From: Planctomycetota bacterium
Lineage (GTDB): Bacteria; Planctomycetota; Phycisphaerae; Phycisphaerales; SM1A02
Length of the DNA: 64,000 nt
Direction: 5' to 3'
NCBI GenBank assembly: GCA_014381555.1
Contig: JACNLO010000051.1
Location: 8,915-72,914, forward strand
A model generated the notes under the pieces. The model was not told the DNA's origin. It ran no database searches and saw nothing but the letters and a program-made list of their open reading frames with translations. This document shows positions 50,991 through 60,085 of this stretch, piece by piece (within the stretch, counting starts at the first letter, position 1; every line of letters begins with the position of its first letter). A program made the position numbers and the translations under genes.

Positions 50991-51677
50991 ATGCAAACCC
51001 AAGAAACAATGAGTGTACTTACATCACCTCCGTCGCTGCCACTTGTTGCACCATCGATTCTGTCAGCAGATTTTGCACGCTTAGGTCAAGAGTGTCGCAA
51101 GGTTATCGAAAGCGGTGCAGATTTGTTACACCTCGATGTGATGGATGGGCATTTTGTTCCAAACTTAACAATGGGACCCGCGCTCTGTAAATCATTGCAC
51201 ACAATGTTGCCAGATGTGTACCTTGATGTTCACTTGATGGTTGAGCGACCAATGGAGTACATTGATTCCTTTGCTGGAGCTGGGACGAATTTATTTACTG
51301 GGCATGTTGAGGCAGATGATGATCCTTTTGAACTTGCCAAAACTATCCACAACGCGGGTATGGACGCTGGGCTAGCAATCAATCCGCCAACAGATGTTGA
51401 AGAAATCCTTCCTTACGTGGAAGCATTCGACTTGATCTTGGTGATGAGTGTCAACCCAGGTTTCTCAGGACAAGCATTCATTCCAGAGGTTTTATCCAAA
51501 GTTGAAACCATCTCAAAGCGATTGCGTCCCGACCAGCGCCTTCAAATGGATGGCGGTGTGGGACCTAAGACCTGCGAATCATGCCGTGATGCTGGATGTG
51601 ACGTACTCGTTGCGGCTTCAGCAATTTTTGGTACAGACAACTATGCAGAAGCAATTGCGGGACTTCGTGGTCATTGA
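50991..51677 (+). CDS. rpe: ribulose-phosphate 3-epimerase
   Basis: HLDVMDGHFVPN and VMSVNPGFSGQ motifs. Confidence 0.94.
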   Translation: MQTQETMSVLTSPPSLPLVAPSILSADFARLGQECRKVIESGADLLHLDVMDGHFVPNLTMGPALCKSLHTMLPDVYLDVHLMVERPMEYIDSFAGAGTNLFTGHVEADDDPFELAKTIHNAGMDAGLAINPPTDVEEILPYVEAFDLILVMSVNPGFSGQAFIPEVLSKVETISKRLRPDQRLQMDGGVGPKTCESCRDAGCDVLVAASAIFGTDNYAEAIAGLRGH

Positions 51678-51710
51678 CCGATACCACCTAACATTGAGAT
51701 GTAGGCATCA

Positions 51711-52562
51711 ATGAAGAATAAAGAGCAAACACAACAATGGGCTGATGAAGCATCATCGCCAGCAAAAAGACGATCGATTCCAGAGGGGCTCTGGATGCGG
51801 TGCGATTCTTGTAGTGCAATCTTGTTTCGCAGAAGTGTCGAAAATAACTTATGGGTTTGTCCAGAATGCACTCGCCATTTCAGAATAGACGCAAAGCAAA
51901 GAATAGAACAATTAGTAGATCCAGAAACGTTTGAAGCATTTGACGAAAATCTTGCCCCGCTAGATCCGCTTGAATTTAAGGATTTAAAAACGTATAAAGA
52001 ACGAATCGAATCAGCTCAAAAGAAAACGAAATCAAAAGATGCAATTCAAACAGGATATGCATTTATTAAAGGGCGAAAGGTAGTTCTTGGAGTTATGGAC
52101 TTCACTTTTCTTGGGGGGTCGATGGGGAGTGTAGTTGGTGAAAAAATTCGACGTGCAGTTGAACGCGCCGCAGATCAAGACTTACCATTGATTATTGTTG
52201 CAGCCTCTGGCGGAGCGCGGATGATGGAATCTGGGTTGTCCTTAATGCAGATGGCAAAGACATCTGCTGCATTGGCACGATTCGATGACATGGGTGGCTT
52301 GTTCATTTCTGTATTAACAGACCCAACAACTGGTGGCGTGACAGCAAGTTTTGCGATGCTAGGTGATGTTATTCTCGCTGAACCCAAAGCGTTGATTGGT
52401 TTTGCTGGCCCAAGAGTTATTCAACAAACTATAAAACAAGATTTGCCAGATGGTTTTCAACGAGCAGAATTTTTACTTGAATGTGGTTTTGTAGATTGTG
52501 TAGTTCCACGAGATGAGTTGCGGAGCGAAATTTCTAGCTTAATCGATTACGCTGGTAAATAA
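51711..52562 (+). CDS. accD: acetyl-CoA carboxylase carboxyltransferase beta subunit
   Basis: N-terminal zinc ribbon CDSC...CPEC and the FLGGSMG motif. Confidence 0.94.
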   Translation: MKNKEQTQQWADEASSPAKRRSIPEGLWMRCDSCSAILFRRSVENNLWVCPECTRHFRIDAKQRIEQLVDPETFEAFDENLAPLDPLEFKDLKTYKERIESAQKKTKSKDAIQTGYAFIKGRKVVLGVMDFTFLGGSMGSVVGEKIRRAVERAADQDLPLIIVAASGGARMMESGLSLMQMAKTSAALARFDDMGGLFISVLTDPTTGGVTASFAMLGDVILAEPKALIGFAGPRVIQQTIKQDLPDGFQRAEFLLECGFVDCVVPRDELRSEISSLIDYAGK

Positions 52563-54196
52563 TGAAAACTTGGCTTCTCGTTGCGATCGCATTGGCATCC
52601 GCCTTATGCACGTTGTTGGCATCTGCCCCCATCGGTTCTGGGTTCGCCGCGATTGCAGCACCAATGTTCTTAATTTTGATTGCCCTCTACGCAAAATCTG
52701 CTCGGAGAGCATTTCTCATCATATTTGTTTTTCAAATTCCATTGTGGCTTCTATTGCATGCATGGGTAATCGATATTGCATTTTTTGGTTGGCTAGGAAT
52801 TGGGCTGTATATGGCTCTCTGGGCTCCTCTATTTGTATGGCTCCTGAGAAAAGTACAATCCATTCCACGCATTTCTGTTGTTATCTCAGCACCGGTTCTA
52901 TGGGTCGGACTTGAGTGCTTACGAGGAATAGTGATTTTTGATGGATACCCTTGGTATCTTGCAGGTACAGGATTAGTGGATTGGCATATAGCGAAAGTTG
53001 CAACAATTGGAAGTGTTTGGCTCGTAAGTTATCTTGTTGTAACGCTCTGTGCTACTATCGCAGGAATCAAAATAATTCACAGGTGGACTGTATTTGCTGT
53101 CGTGATTTTATCTATTGGTTTGTTTGCACGTCAGTATGGGTACTACATGTTAAATCGGCACCGAATTGTCACGAATGTTTTACTCATTCAGACAAACGTC
53201 CCTCAGAGCAACAAAGTGGAGGGGTCTTGGGAAAGACAAATAGAAGATGTTTCAGGTGCTATTGAATTGACAAGGCGAGCACTTCAGGAAGTCGAAGAGC
53301 CACCTTCTCTCATTGTTTGGCCAGAGACAATGGTTCCCGGCACGGGATTTGAAGTGAACCGATTTGATTTTGCGCCTTGGGATGAATCGTTCACGCCATT
53401 ATGGTTTTGGGCTGAAAAAATTCGTTCGTTAGCAAAAGAAATTGGAATTCCAATTCTTGTGGGTTCACAAACATGGACAGGTATTGAAGTAGTCGAGGAT
53501 GAAAAGTATTTACGAGTTGAACCAGAGTCACAATACAATTCAGCCGCGTTGGTGTATCCAGATGGCACCTCTGAACGGTATGACAAAACATTTCTTACCC
53601 CATTTGGGGAACGAATTCCATACTTAGAAAATAGTACAACAGTGAAAGCATGGGTACGAGAGACCTTTGGTGCAGCAATGTTGTTCGACCTGAAGAAGGG
53701 TGGTGTGCCAACTCGTTTTAGTATTCCTGCGGTACACCGCAATAGTGGAGCCCCTTCTGAGATCAAAGTGGCTACGCCAATCTGCTTCGAAGATACTGTT
53801 TCAAGTGTCATCCGAAATCTAGTCTGGGAAGATGGTCAGCGAAAAGCAAGTGCACTCATCAATCTGAGTAATGACGGTTGGTTTGGAAGTGATAGTAGTG
53901 CTCATGAGCAACATGTTCGAGAAGCACGAATGCGATGTATTGAATCTATGACACCAATGCTTCGGGTGGCGAACACCGGGATAAGTTGTTCGATTGACTA
54001 TTCTGGTGGAGTGAGGCAAAAACTCCCGATACTTGAGAGTGGATACTTGTTCGTTCGTTTGACTTCCGCCCAACAACTTCCACAGAGTAGATATATTGGC
54101 GATTCAGTTGCATGGATTTGCCTTTTTGGAAGTATCCTGCTCGTACTTGGTTCTTTTATGAAAAGGAGTAAAGAACATGATGAAAATACTTCTTAG
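52562..54196 (+). CDS. lnt: apolipoprotein N-acyltransferase
   Basis: N-terminal polytopic membrane domain plus a CN-hydrolase domain with WPE, YDKTFLTPFGE and PICFE contexts. Confidence 0.88.
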   Translation: MKTWLLVAIALASALCTLLASAPIGSGFAAIAAPMFLILIALYAKSARRAFLIIFVFQIPLWLLLHAWVIDIAFFGWLGIGLYMALWAPLFVWLLRKVQSIPRISVVISAPVLWVGLECLRGIVIFDGYPWYLAGTGLVDWHIAKVATIGSVWLVSYLVVTLCATIAGIKIIHRWTVFAVVILSIGLFARQYGYYMLNRHRIVTNVLLIQTNVPQSNKVEGSWERQIEDVSGAIELTRRALQEVEEPPSLIVWPETMVPGTGFEVNRFDFAPWDESFTPLWFWAEKIRSLAKEIGIPILVGSQTWTGIEVVEDEKYLRVEPESQYNSAALVYPDGTSERYDKTFLTPFGERIPYLENSTTVKAWVRETFGAAMLFDLKKGGVPTRFSIPAVHRNSGAPSEIKVATPICFEDTVSSVIRNLVWEDGQRKASALINLSNDGWFGSDSSAHEQHVREARMRCIESMTPMLRVANTGISCSIDYSGGVRQKLPILESGYLFVRLTSAQQLPQSRYIGDSVAWICLFGSILLVLGSFMKRSKEHDENTS

Positions 54197-55259
54197 TTTA
54201 GTTTGCTTAATCGTTCTATTTTCTTGTGGACCAGATCCAATTGATCGAGCGAGTGAAGAGCCGTGGAGTTCCAAAAGTAAATCGGTAAAAACAATGGGTG
54301 AAACAGGGGAAAGACCAAAAATCCCGATGCTCGTCGATGGAGATACAGTTCACGATGTGGCGTTGTCAATTCTTCGTCAAGCAACAGTTTCACCAACACC
54401 TCGTTTGCGAGCAAATGCAATTGAGTCCCTGAGGTTCGCTCCGCCTAGTGTTCTCGAGGCAGCAGTAAGAATTGGGCTCGGAGATGAAAATCGAGGTGTT
54501 CGATTTGTTGCAGCAATGATGATTGGAGAGAAACAGCTTTGTAGAATTTCTATGTTACTTGAACCGATGTTACTTGATGATTCTGAATCAGTTCAAGCAG
54601 CTGCAATGTTCTCAATTTACAAATGTGGAAGACAGGTTGATTTGAATCCACTTGCTGCAATGCTTAATAGTGAATTGCCTGAACTTCGTGGAAATGCTGC
54701 GATGGTTTTAGGAAGGATTGGAAATACATCTGCAAAGCAACTCATCCGCGAAGCGGTGAAATCAACACCAGATTCTATTACTCCAATTCGACGCCGATTA
54801 ATTAATATGCAAATGGCTGAAGCGCTAATACTTCTTGGAGATCGAGATGAGCTTGAAGTTATTCGCGCCGCTATTTTTAGTTCGTCACAAGAATCTGAAG
54901 TTACTGCCCTAGCGTGTCAGATTTCAGGTCGTTTACGAGATGTTGAAGTTACTTCAACACTTGAAAGTATTACTGTGACTCCAAAAAGATATCCAGACGA
55001 AATTAGGTTAGTTGCAGCAGCAGCGCTTGCAGAAATCAACCCAAGCAGGGTTCCTATGGATGAAGTGTTGAGGTTTACTTCGAGTGATTCCCCGAACCTC
55101 AGGTCACAATGTGCCTCTGTTCTTGGAGCACATGGGAATCCTCTAAGTCTTGGACCTTTGGCGTTGATGATGGAAGATTCCGACCCTTTAGTACAAATTT
55201 CTGCGGCAGAAGCCGTTATTCGCATCAATAACCCCGATTCTATGGCAATTGCGGATTGA
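54177..55259 (+). CDS. HEAT-repeat lipoprotein
   Basis: Lipobox-like LFSC after a signal sequence, followed by repeated HEAT/PBS-lyase-like units (ENRGVRFVAAMMIGE, LPELRGNAAMVLG). Confidence 0.7.
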   Translation: MMKILLSLVCLIVLFSCGPDPIDRASEEPWSSKSKSVKTMGETGERPKIPMLVDGDTVHDVALSILRQATVSPTPRLRANAIESLRFAPPSVLEAAVRIGLGDENRGVRFVAAMMIGEKQLCRISMLLEPMLLDDSESVQAAAMFSIYKCGRQVDLNPLAAMLNSELPELRGNAAMVLGRIGNTSAKQLIREAVKSTPDSITPIRRRLINMQMAEALILLGDRDELEVIRAAIFSSSQESEVTALACQISGRLRDVEVTSTLESITVTPKRYPDEIRLVAAAALAEINPSRVPMDEVLRFTSSDSPNLRSQCASVLGAHGNPLSLGPLALMMEDSDPLVQISAAEAVIRINNPDSMAIAD

Positions 55260-55379
55260 CATTTGTACTCTAAGTGGGTACAAATGCAACAGGATTAGGT
55301 TGTTGAAGGGCTTGGATCGTCTCTCTGTTTGCCGGTCTTCATGTCTCCCCTTGTGCTACTGTTTTGAAAAGGTTTACTC

Positions 55380-56267
55380 GTGCATATTTTGACAAAAATT
55401 TTCATCGTTCTCGTTACTCTCCTAGCAGTAGCAATAGTTCCCCTTGTTGCTACTTATACAACAAACGAAAATACGTATCGGTCTAAATTCCGATCAGCTG
55501 ATGATCAGCAACGTGTTGCAATGATTCGAGCAGCTGATGCAGAAACTGCATTGTTCGCACAGCGAGTTCAATTGCAAAATGAAATTGATACTCGCGATGC
55601 AACTATAGGCACACTTCGTGGTGAACAATCAAACACTCGTTCATCTCTAAGTTCCCTAAAAGCACAGATAGGTCGACTTGAATCACAGCTTTCTCAAAGT
55701 AATGCAAACCTTCAAGCGCTATCAAGTGCCAGTGAAGTCAACAGTGAGTTAAAACAGCGATTTGTTGTGGAGAATTATACCTTACGCCAAAACGTCATCG
55801 ACGCAGAACGTATGATTATGGACATGGAAGACACACTAGAAGACGCACGGATGGAAGCCCAGGGCGCTATGAGAGCAGAGCAAAAAGCCATCGAAGAACG
55901 CCACGAAATGGAGAAAGAGATCGATGCAATTCGATCTAAACTTGTATCGTATGTCTCTAAATTTGGCGAACTCGAAACTCTCGCCACTGTTATTACAGGA
56001 ACCGCACCCGATCGATCACTTTCTTCAACGGTATTGACTGTTTCAAGAGATGGTGGTGAAGTCCTCGTTGAAATCAACTCAGGTTCACGTGATGGGGTTC
56101 AAAAGGGGTGGATCATGACTGTGGGTCAAAACGGAACATTCCTTGGAAGACTTCAAATTGAGGAAGTTGATATTAATAGATCAATCGGTCGTATTTCGCT
56201 CGAAGACCCATCAAGAGGTCTCGTTATGCCGGGCTCATCCGTATACGCGGTGAAAGGACGGAATTGA
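55380..56267 (+). CDS. membrane-anchored coiled-coil protein with MreC-like C-terminal beta-barrel segment
   Basis: GTG start, an N-terminal TM helix and ~170 aa of heptad-rich sequence. The C-terminus LVEINSGSRDGVQKGWIMTV..GRLQIEEVD..S.GRI resembles the MreC barrel motif. Confidence 0.6.
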   Translation: MHILTKIFIVLVTLLAVAIVPLVATYTTNENTYRSKFRSADDQQRVAMIRAADAETALFAQRVQLQNEIDTRDATIGTLRGEQSNTRSSLSSLKAQIGRLESQLSQSNANLQALSSASEVNSELKQRFVVENYTLRQNVIDAERMIMDMEDTLEDARMEAQGAMRAEQKAIEERHEMEKEIDAIRSKLVSYVSKFGELETLATVITGTAPDRSLSSTVLTVSRDGGEVLVEINSGSRDGVQKGWIMTVGQNGTFLGRLQIEEVDINRSIGRISLEDPSRGLVMPGSSVYAVKGRN

Positions 56268-56269
56268 GT

Positions 56270-56455
56270 ATGACTCAGTTTGATACCCAGGTAGCGACTC
56301 GAAAATCACCACCTGACGTCTTTACAGTCCTGCTTGTTGTTGCGACATTATTGCTTGCCGGCGGCGTTGCTTGGCTGTACCTAGTGAACAGTGAGCACTC
56401 AAAGGTCGACAATCGGTCTGACGGTGGACCTCTCGTACTAGTTGATCAGCAATAA
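56270..56455 (+). CDS. small single-pass membrane protein (hypothetical)
   Basis: 61-aa ORF with one strong TM helix (VFTVLLVVATLLLAGGVAWLYLV). Its ATG lies 3 nt after the upstream stop and AAGGA is upstream. Confidence 0.42.
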   Translation: MTQFDTQVATRKSPPDVFTVLLVVATLLLAGGVAWLYLVNSEHSKVDNRSDGGPLVLVDQQ

Positions 56456-56544
56456 GTCAAATGGTCATCGCTGATTTCGCGTATCATTTGCGAAGTTAAG
56501 TTTGAACTGTTCGAACTTGGGTATTGCTAAGAGGAGCGAACGTC

Positions 56545-57591
56545 GTGTTTGACAAGTTACTAAGTTGGTTTAGTGTAGATATGGGGATTGACCTTGGGAC
56601 GTGCAATACGCTTGTTTGTGTCCGAGGAGAGGGAATTGTTTTAAATGAACCGTCGGTGGTTGCAGTAAAACGTGGAACAAATCGAGTATTAAATAATGGC
56701 AATGCCGTTGGATTTAGTGCAAAAGAGATGCTAGGAAAAACGCCTGGCTCGATTACGGCGATTCGGCCATTGAAAGATGGTGTCATTAGTGACTTTGAGA
56801 TAACCGAAGCGATGTTGAGTTACTTCATCCGAAAAGTAAGTGGGCGAGGTCGAATTATTGGTCCACGAGTTGTAATTGCTGTTCCATCAGGAATTACAGC
56901 TGTTGAAAAACGGGCGGTTCTCGACTCCGCAGAACGTGCAGGGGCACGCCGGGTGTATCTTGTTGAAGAACCAATGGCAGCAGGGATTGGTGCAGATCTT
57001 CCAATTGTTGAACCCAAGGCATCAATGATAGTTGATATTGGTGGCGGTACTACTGAAGTGGCAATTATGTCTCTTGGTGACATCGCAACCTGTGAATCGG
57101 TTCGTGTTGCTGGTGATGATCTTGATGAAGCAATCATTAACTATATGAAAAAGAATTACAGTTTGACAATTGGTGAGCAAACCGCAGAGCGAATTAAGAT
57201 TGAAGTTGGTTCTGCTGCTCCTTTGGAGAAAGAAAAATCTATTGATGTTCGAGGCCGAGATAATATCACTGGCATGCCCAGAAAAACAACAGTAACAAGC
57301 GAAGAAATTCGCGAATCAATGCATGAACCTATTCAAGCAATTGTTGAAGTTGTGAAAAGAACACTCGAACGAGCAGAACCAGAACTTTCAGCAGATCTTG
57401 TTGAAAATGGAATCGTTATTGCTGGAGGTGGCGCAGAACTACGTGGCATTGATGTAGTTATATCTGAAGCTACGGGACTTGACGTTACAATTGCAACCGA
57501 CCCATTAACTTGCGTGGCAAAGGGAACTAGCATTTATCTTGATAATCTCGAACTTTGGAAAGCAGTCCTTGAATCAGACATGGATGATTAA
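56545..57591 (+). CDS. mreB: rod shape-determining protein MreB
   Basis: GIDLGTCNT and DIGGGTTEVA actin-fold motifs. The GTG start 8 nt after AGGAG is preferred over the upstream TTG at 56524. Confidence 0.95.
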   Translation: MFDKLLSWFSVDMGIDLGTCNTLVCVRGEGIVLNEPSVVAVKRGTNRVLNNGNAVGFSAKEMLGKTPGSITAIRPLKDGVISDFEITEAMLSYFIRKVSGRGRIIGPRVVIAVPSGITAVEKRAVLDSAERAGARRVYLVEEPMAAGIGADLPIVEPKASMIVDIGGGTTEVAIMSLGDIATCESVRVAGDDLDEAIINYMKKNYSLTIGEQTAERIKIEVGSAAPLEKEKSIDVRGRDNITGMPRKTTVTSEEIRESMHEPIQAIVEVVKRTLERAEPELSADLVENGIVIAGGGAELRGIDVVISEATGLDVTIATDPLTCVAKGTSIYLDNLELWKAVLESDMDD

Positions 57592-57616
57592 ACAGTCTGA
57601 TTTTTGATGTATTACC

Positions 57617-58504
57617 TTGAGCAGTTACGGAATAACTCGTAAACGCACCAATGTCTTACCAATCGTAATTGGCATGACTATTTTTTTATCGCTAATTCCT
57701 GCATCTTGGTTGGGTTGGACTTCAGACTTAGCAGCGCTTGTCCGCATCCCTGTTACACCTATTTCTCATATCGGAATTATGTTCACAAGTTGGGTTCGCC
57801 CATCCTTGGAACCATCAGATTTACCATCAGATGAAAAAGAACGGAACGAATTAGCGATTGCAGAACGAGATCATTACAGGCAAATGTATCATGCTCAGAT
57901 GCTTCGAGCAACGGAGTTAGCAGATCAACTTCGCGAATTACAATCACTGCCCGAAACTGCGTTGAGAAATCCACAACCTCCAATAATTATTCAAGTTGAT
58001 GTCACCGGAAACAGACCAAGTGACGTTTCAGGAACAATCGAACTTAAATTAATCCGAGAAGCATCATCGCGAATTCGTGTTGGTGATATTGCGATTGTTG
58101 GCCGTGATATTGTTGGAAGAATTTCTAGTGTAGGAATGACAAGAATTGGTTTGATGCCAACAACGAATAAAGAAATGGGATTAACCAGAGCAGCAATTGT
58201 TCCCGCTCATCCATCAAACACACGGTCGCCCTTGTTAGCAGAAGTTATTCTCCAGAGTAACGGTGAGGCACAGATGTTTGCTGAAGTCGTTGCAACAAGT
58301 GGTGTGAAGAAAGGTGACCTTGTACAACTCGATGATTCATCATGGCCAGAGATTGGTGCGGGATTGACGCTTGGAGTCGTGGAAGATGTTATGCCGCTTG
58401 ATGAAGCTCCGCTTCGTCAGAGAGTCATCATAGCTCCACGGCGGATAGCTCGAAATGTTTCAAGAGTGGTTGTACTTGGAACAGGTGAGGACAAAACAGA
58501 ATGA
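57617..58504 (+). CDS. mreC: rod shape-determining protein MreC
   Basis: N-terminal TM helix, a coiled-coil segment and two beta-barrel-like regions. It lies between mreB and mreD. The TTG start is uncertain. Confidence 0.78.
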   Translation: MSSYGITRKRTNVLPIVIGMTIFLSLIPASWLGWTSDLAALVRIPVTPISHIGIMFTSWVRPSLEPSDLPSDEKERNELAIAERDHYRQMYHAQMLRATELADQLRELQSLPETALRNPQPPIIIQVDVTGNRPSDVSGTIELKLIREASSRIRVGDIAIVGRDIVGRISSVGMTRIGLMPTTNKEMGLTRAAIVPAHPSNTRSPLLAEVILQSNGEAQMFAEVVATSGVKKGDLVQLDDSSWPEIGAGLTLGVVEDVMPLDEAPLRQRVIIAPRRIARNVSRVVVLGTGEDKTE

Positions 58505-59070
58505 GGGCGTACGTAGCAATTATTGCCACAATTCTCGCTTTGGCATTCGATTCTAGTTTTGGAGGGGTATTAACATTACGTTCAGTTGGCTCAATTACGC
58601 CCCTTGCAATGCCATGTCTCCTTGTATTTATTGCGTTGTTCGCACCGGAGACAGTTGCTATCTTAGTGACGCTCTTGCTAGGTATTCTTGTTGATTTATC
58701 ACCCGGGCATGGTGAACTATCTGGGGGAGCTCACCTCATTGGCCCACACGCGTTGGGATTTTTAATTACCACATTTCTTGTTTTAAAAATCCGTAACATC
58801 GTATTTCGTCGACGAGTTCTCACAATAGCTTCTTTAGCAGCTATTGCCGTCATCATCACAGGTGCAACAGAAGCACTTGTTTTACTAATTCGTGGCATAT
58901 TGCCATGGACTCCAGAAATTACAAGTGGTGGATTTAGCGGTTTAATAAAACTATTTGGTACAGCGATCTATTCTGGTCTTCTTGCCGTACCACTAGGGTG
59001 GTGCCTCTTGGGCACGATTGGAGTGTGGAAATTCCATTCTCCAACAGGGCGTAGAGCAACATGGAGATAA
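58501..59070 (+). CDS. mreD: rod shape-determining protein MreD
   Basis: Polytopic 189-aa membrane protein whose ATGA overlaps the mreC stop. The call is mainly positional. Confidence 0.6.
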   Translation: MRAYVAIIATILALAFDSSFGGVLTLRSVGSITPLAMPCLLVFIALFAPETVAILVTLLLGILVDLSPGHGELSGGAHLIGPHALGFLITTFLVLKIRNIVFRRRVLTIASLAAIAVIITGATEALVLLIRGILPWTPEITSGGFSGLIKLFGTAIYSGLLAVPLGWCLLGTIGVWKFHSPTGRRATWR

Positions 59071-59077
59071 TTAGACA

Positions 59078-60085
59078 ATGACTCAATGGATTATCAAAGA
59101 TGACTCCCCAAATCAGATGGCTCCACTTTGTGATCTCCGAGCTACTTTTGAACAGAGGACAGGCGGAAGAACTACCCTTGATAGATTGACACAACAAATG
59201 GGCTGCGCTCCCGCTGGCTTTCTCTGTGATGATGATAAACGGGCAGCAATGATTTCATCACGTACAGGGCTCAAACGCACGGTTGACGAAGAGGCAACGG
59301 TGGTTAATCATCCACGAATCGAAACGCCTTGGGATATTCTCGACCACTTGCCTGGATTACTCACTCTTGATTTAGAAAATGCCAAACCACTTGATGGTGA
59401 ATATGTTGTTGCGAGTTATGGAGACCATCGGATTGATGTTCATCCTTCAGCGAAGATACTTCCTGGAGCAGTCCTTGATTCTTCTGCGGGAGCAATTCGA
59501 ATTGAAGAGGGCGTAGTGATTCGTCCAAACGCAGTGCTTTGTGGACCATGTTGGATTGGAGAGAACAGCACAATTATTGATGGCGCATTCATTAAAGCAA
59601 ACACTTCGATTGGTCCTTGGTGCAAGGTTGGAGGTGAAGTTGGCGGAACAATTTTTCAAGGGTATTCAAACAAATCACATGACGGTCATTTAGGAGATAG
59701 CGTTATTGGTGAGTGGGTGAACTTTGGTGCAGGAACAACAAATTCAAACTTACTCAATACGTACGGTGATATTATCGTGACGGATTTTGAAAGTAAGAGG
59801 CACAGAACAAACAGGAACTTTGTTGGCTGTTTTGTAGGTGACCATGTGAAGTTTGCAATTGAAACAAAAATTATGACTGGTGCAATGATAGGAACAGGTG
59901 CCATGGTTGCAAGTTCGACTCCAACACCATCGCCAACCAAACGTTTTGCTTGGATAACCGATGGAGGCGAACGAATATACAACATAGATAAGTTTATTGA
60001 AGTAGCTAAAACAGTTATGAAACGTCGTGAGAAGCATCTTGATGATGCGACTGAAGCAATACTGAGAATACTGGCAAGCGAGTAA
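59078..60085 (+). CDS. putative sugar nucleotidyltransferase / left-handed beta-helix (GlmU-like) protein
   Basis: The C-terminal half shows hexapeptide-repeat periodicity (IGENSTIIDGAFIKANTSIGPWCKVGGEVGG). The N-terminal ~100 aa is a short nucleotidyltransferase-like region. Confidence 0.68.
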   Translation: MTQWIIKDDSPNQMAPLCDLRATFEQRTGGRTTLDRLTQQMGCAPAGFLCDDDKRAAMISSRTGLKRTVDEEATVVNHPRIETPWDILDHLPGLLTLDLENAKPLDGEYVVASYGDHRIDVHPSAKILPGAVLDSSAGAIRIEEGVVIRPNAVLCGPCWIGENSTIIDGAFIKANTSIGPWCKVGGEVGGTIFQGYSNKSHDGHLGDSVIGEWVNFGAGTTNSNLLNTYGDIIVTDFESKRHRTNRNFVGCFVGDHVKFAIETKIMTGAMIGTGAMVASSTPTPSPTKRFAWITDGGERIYNIDKFIEVAKTVMKRREKHLDDATEAILRILASE

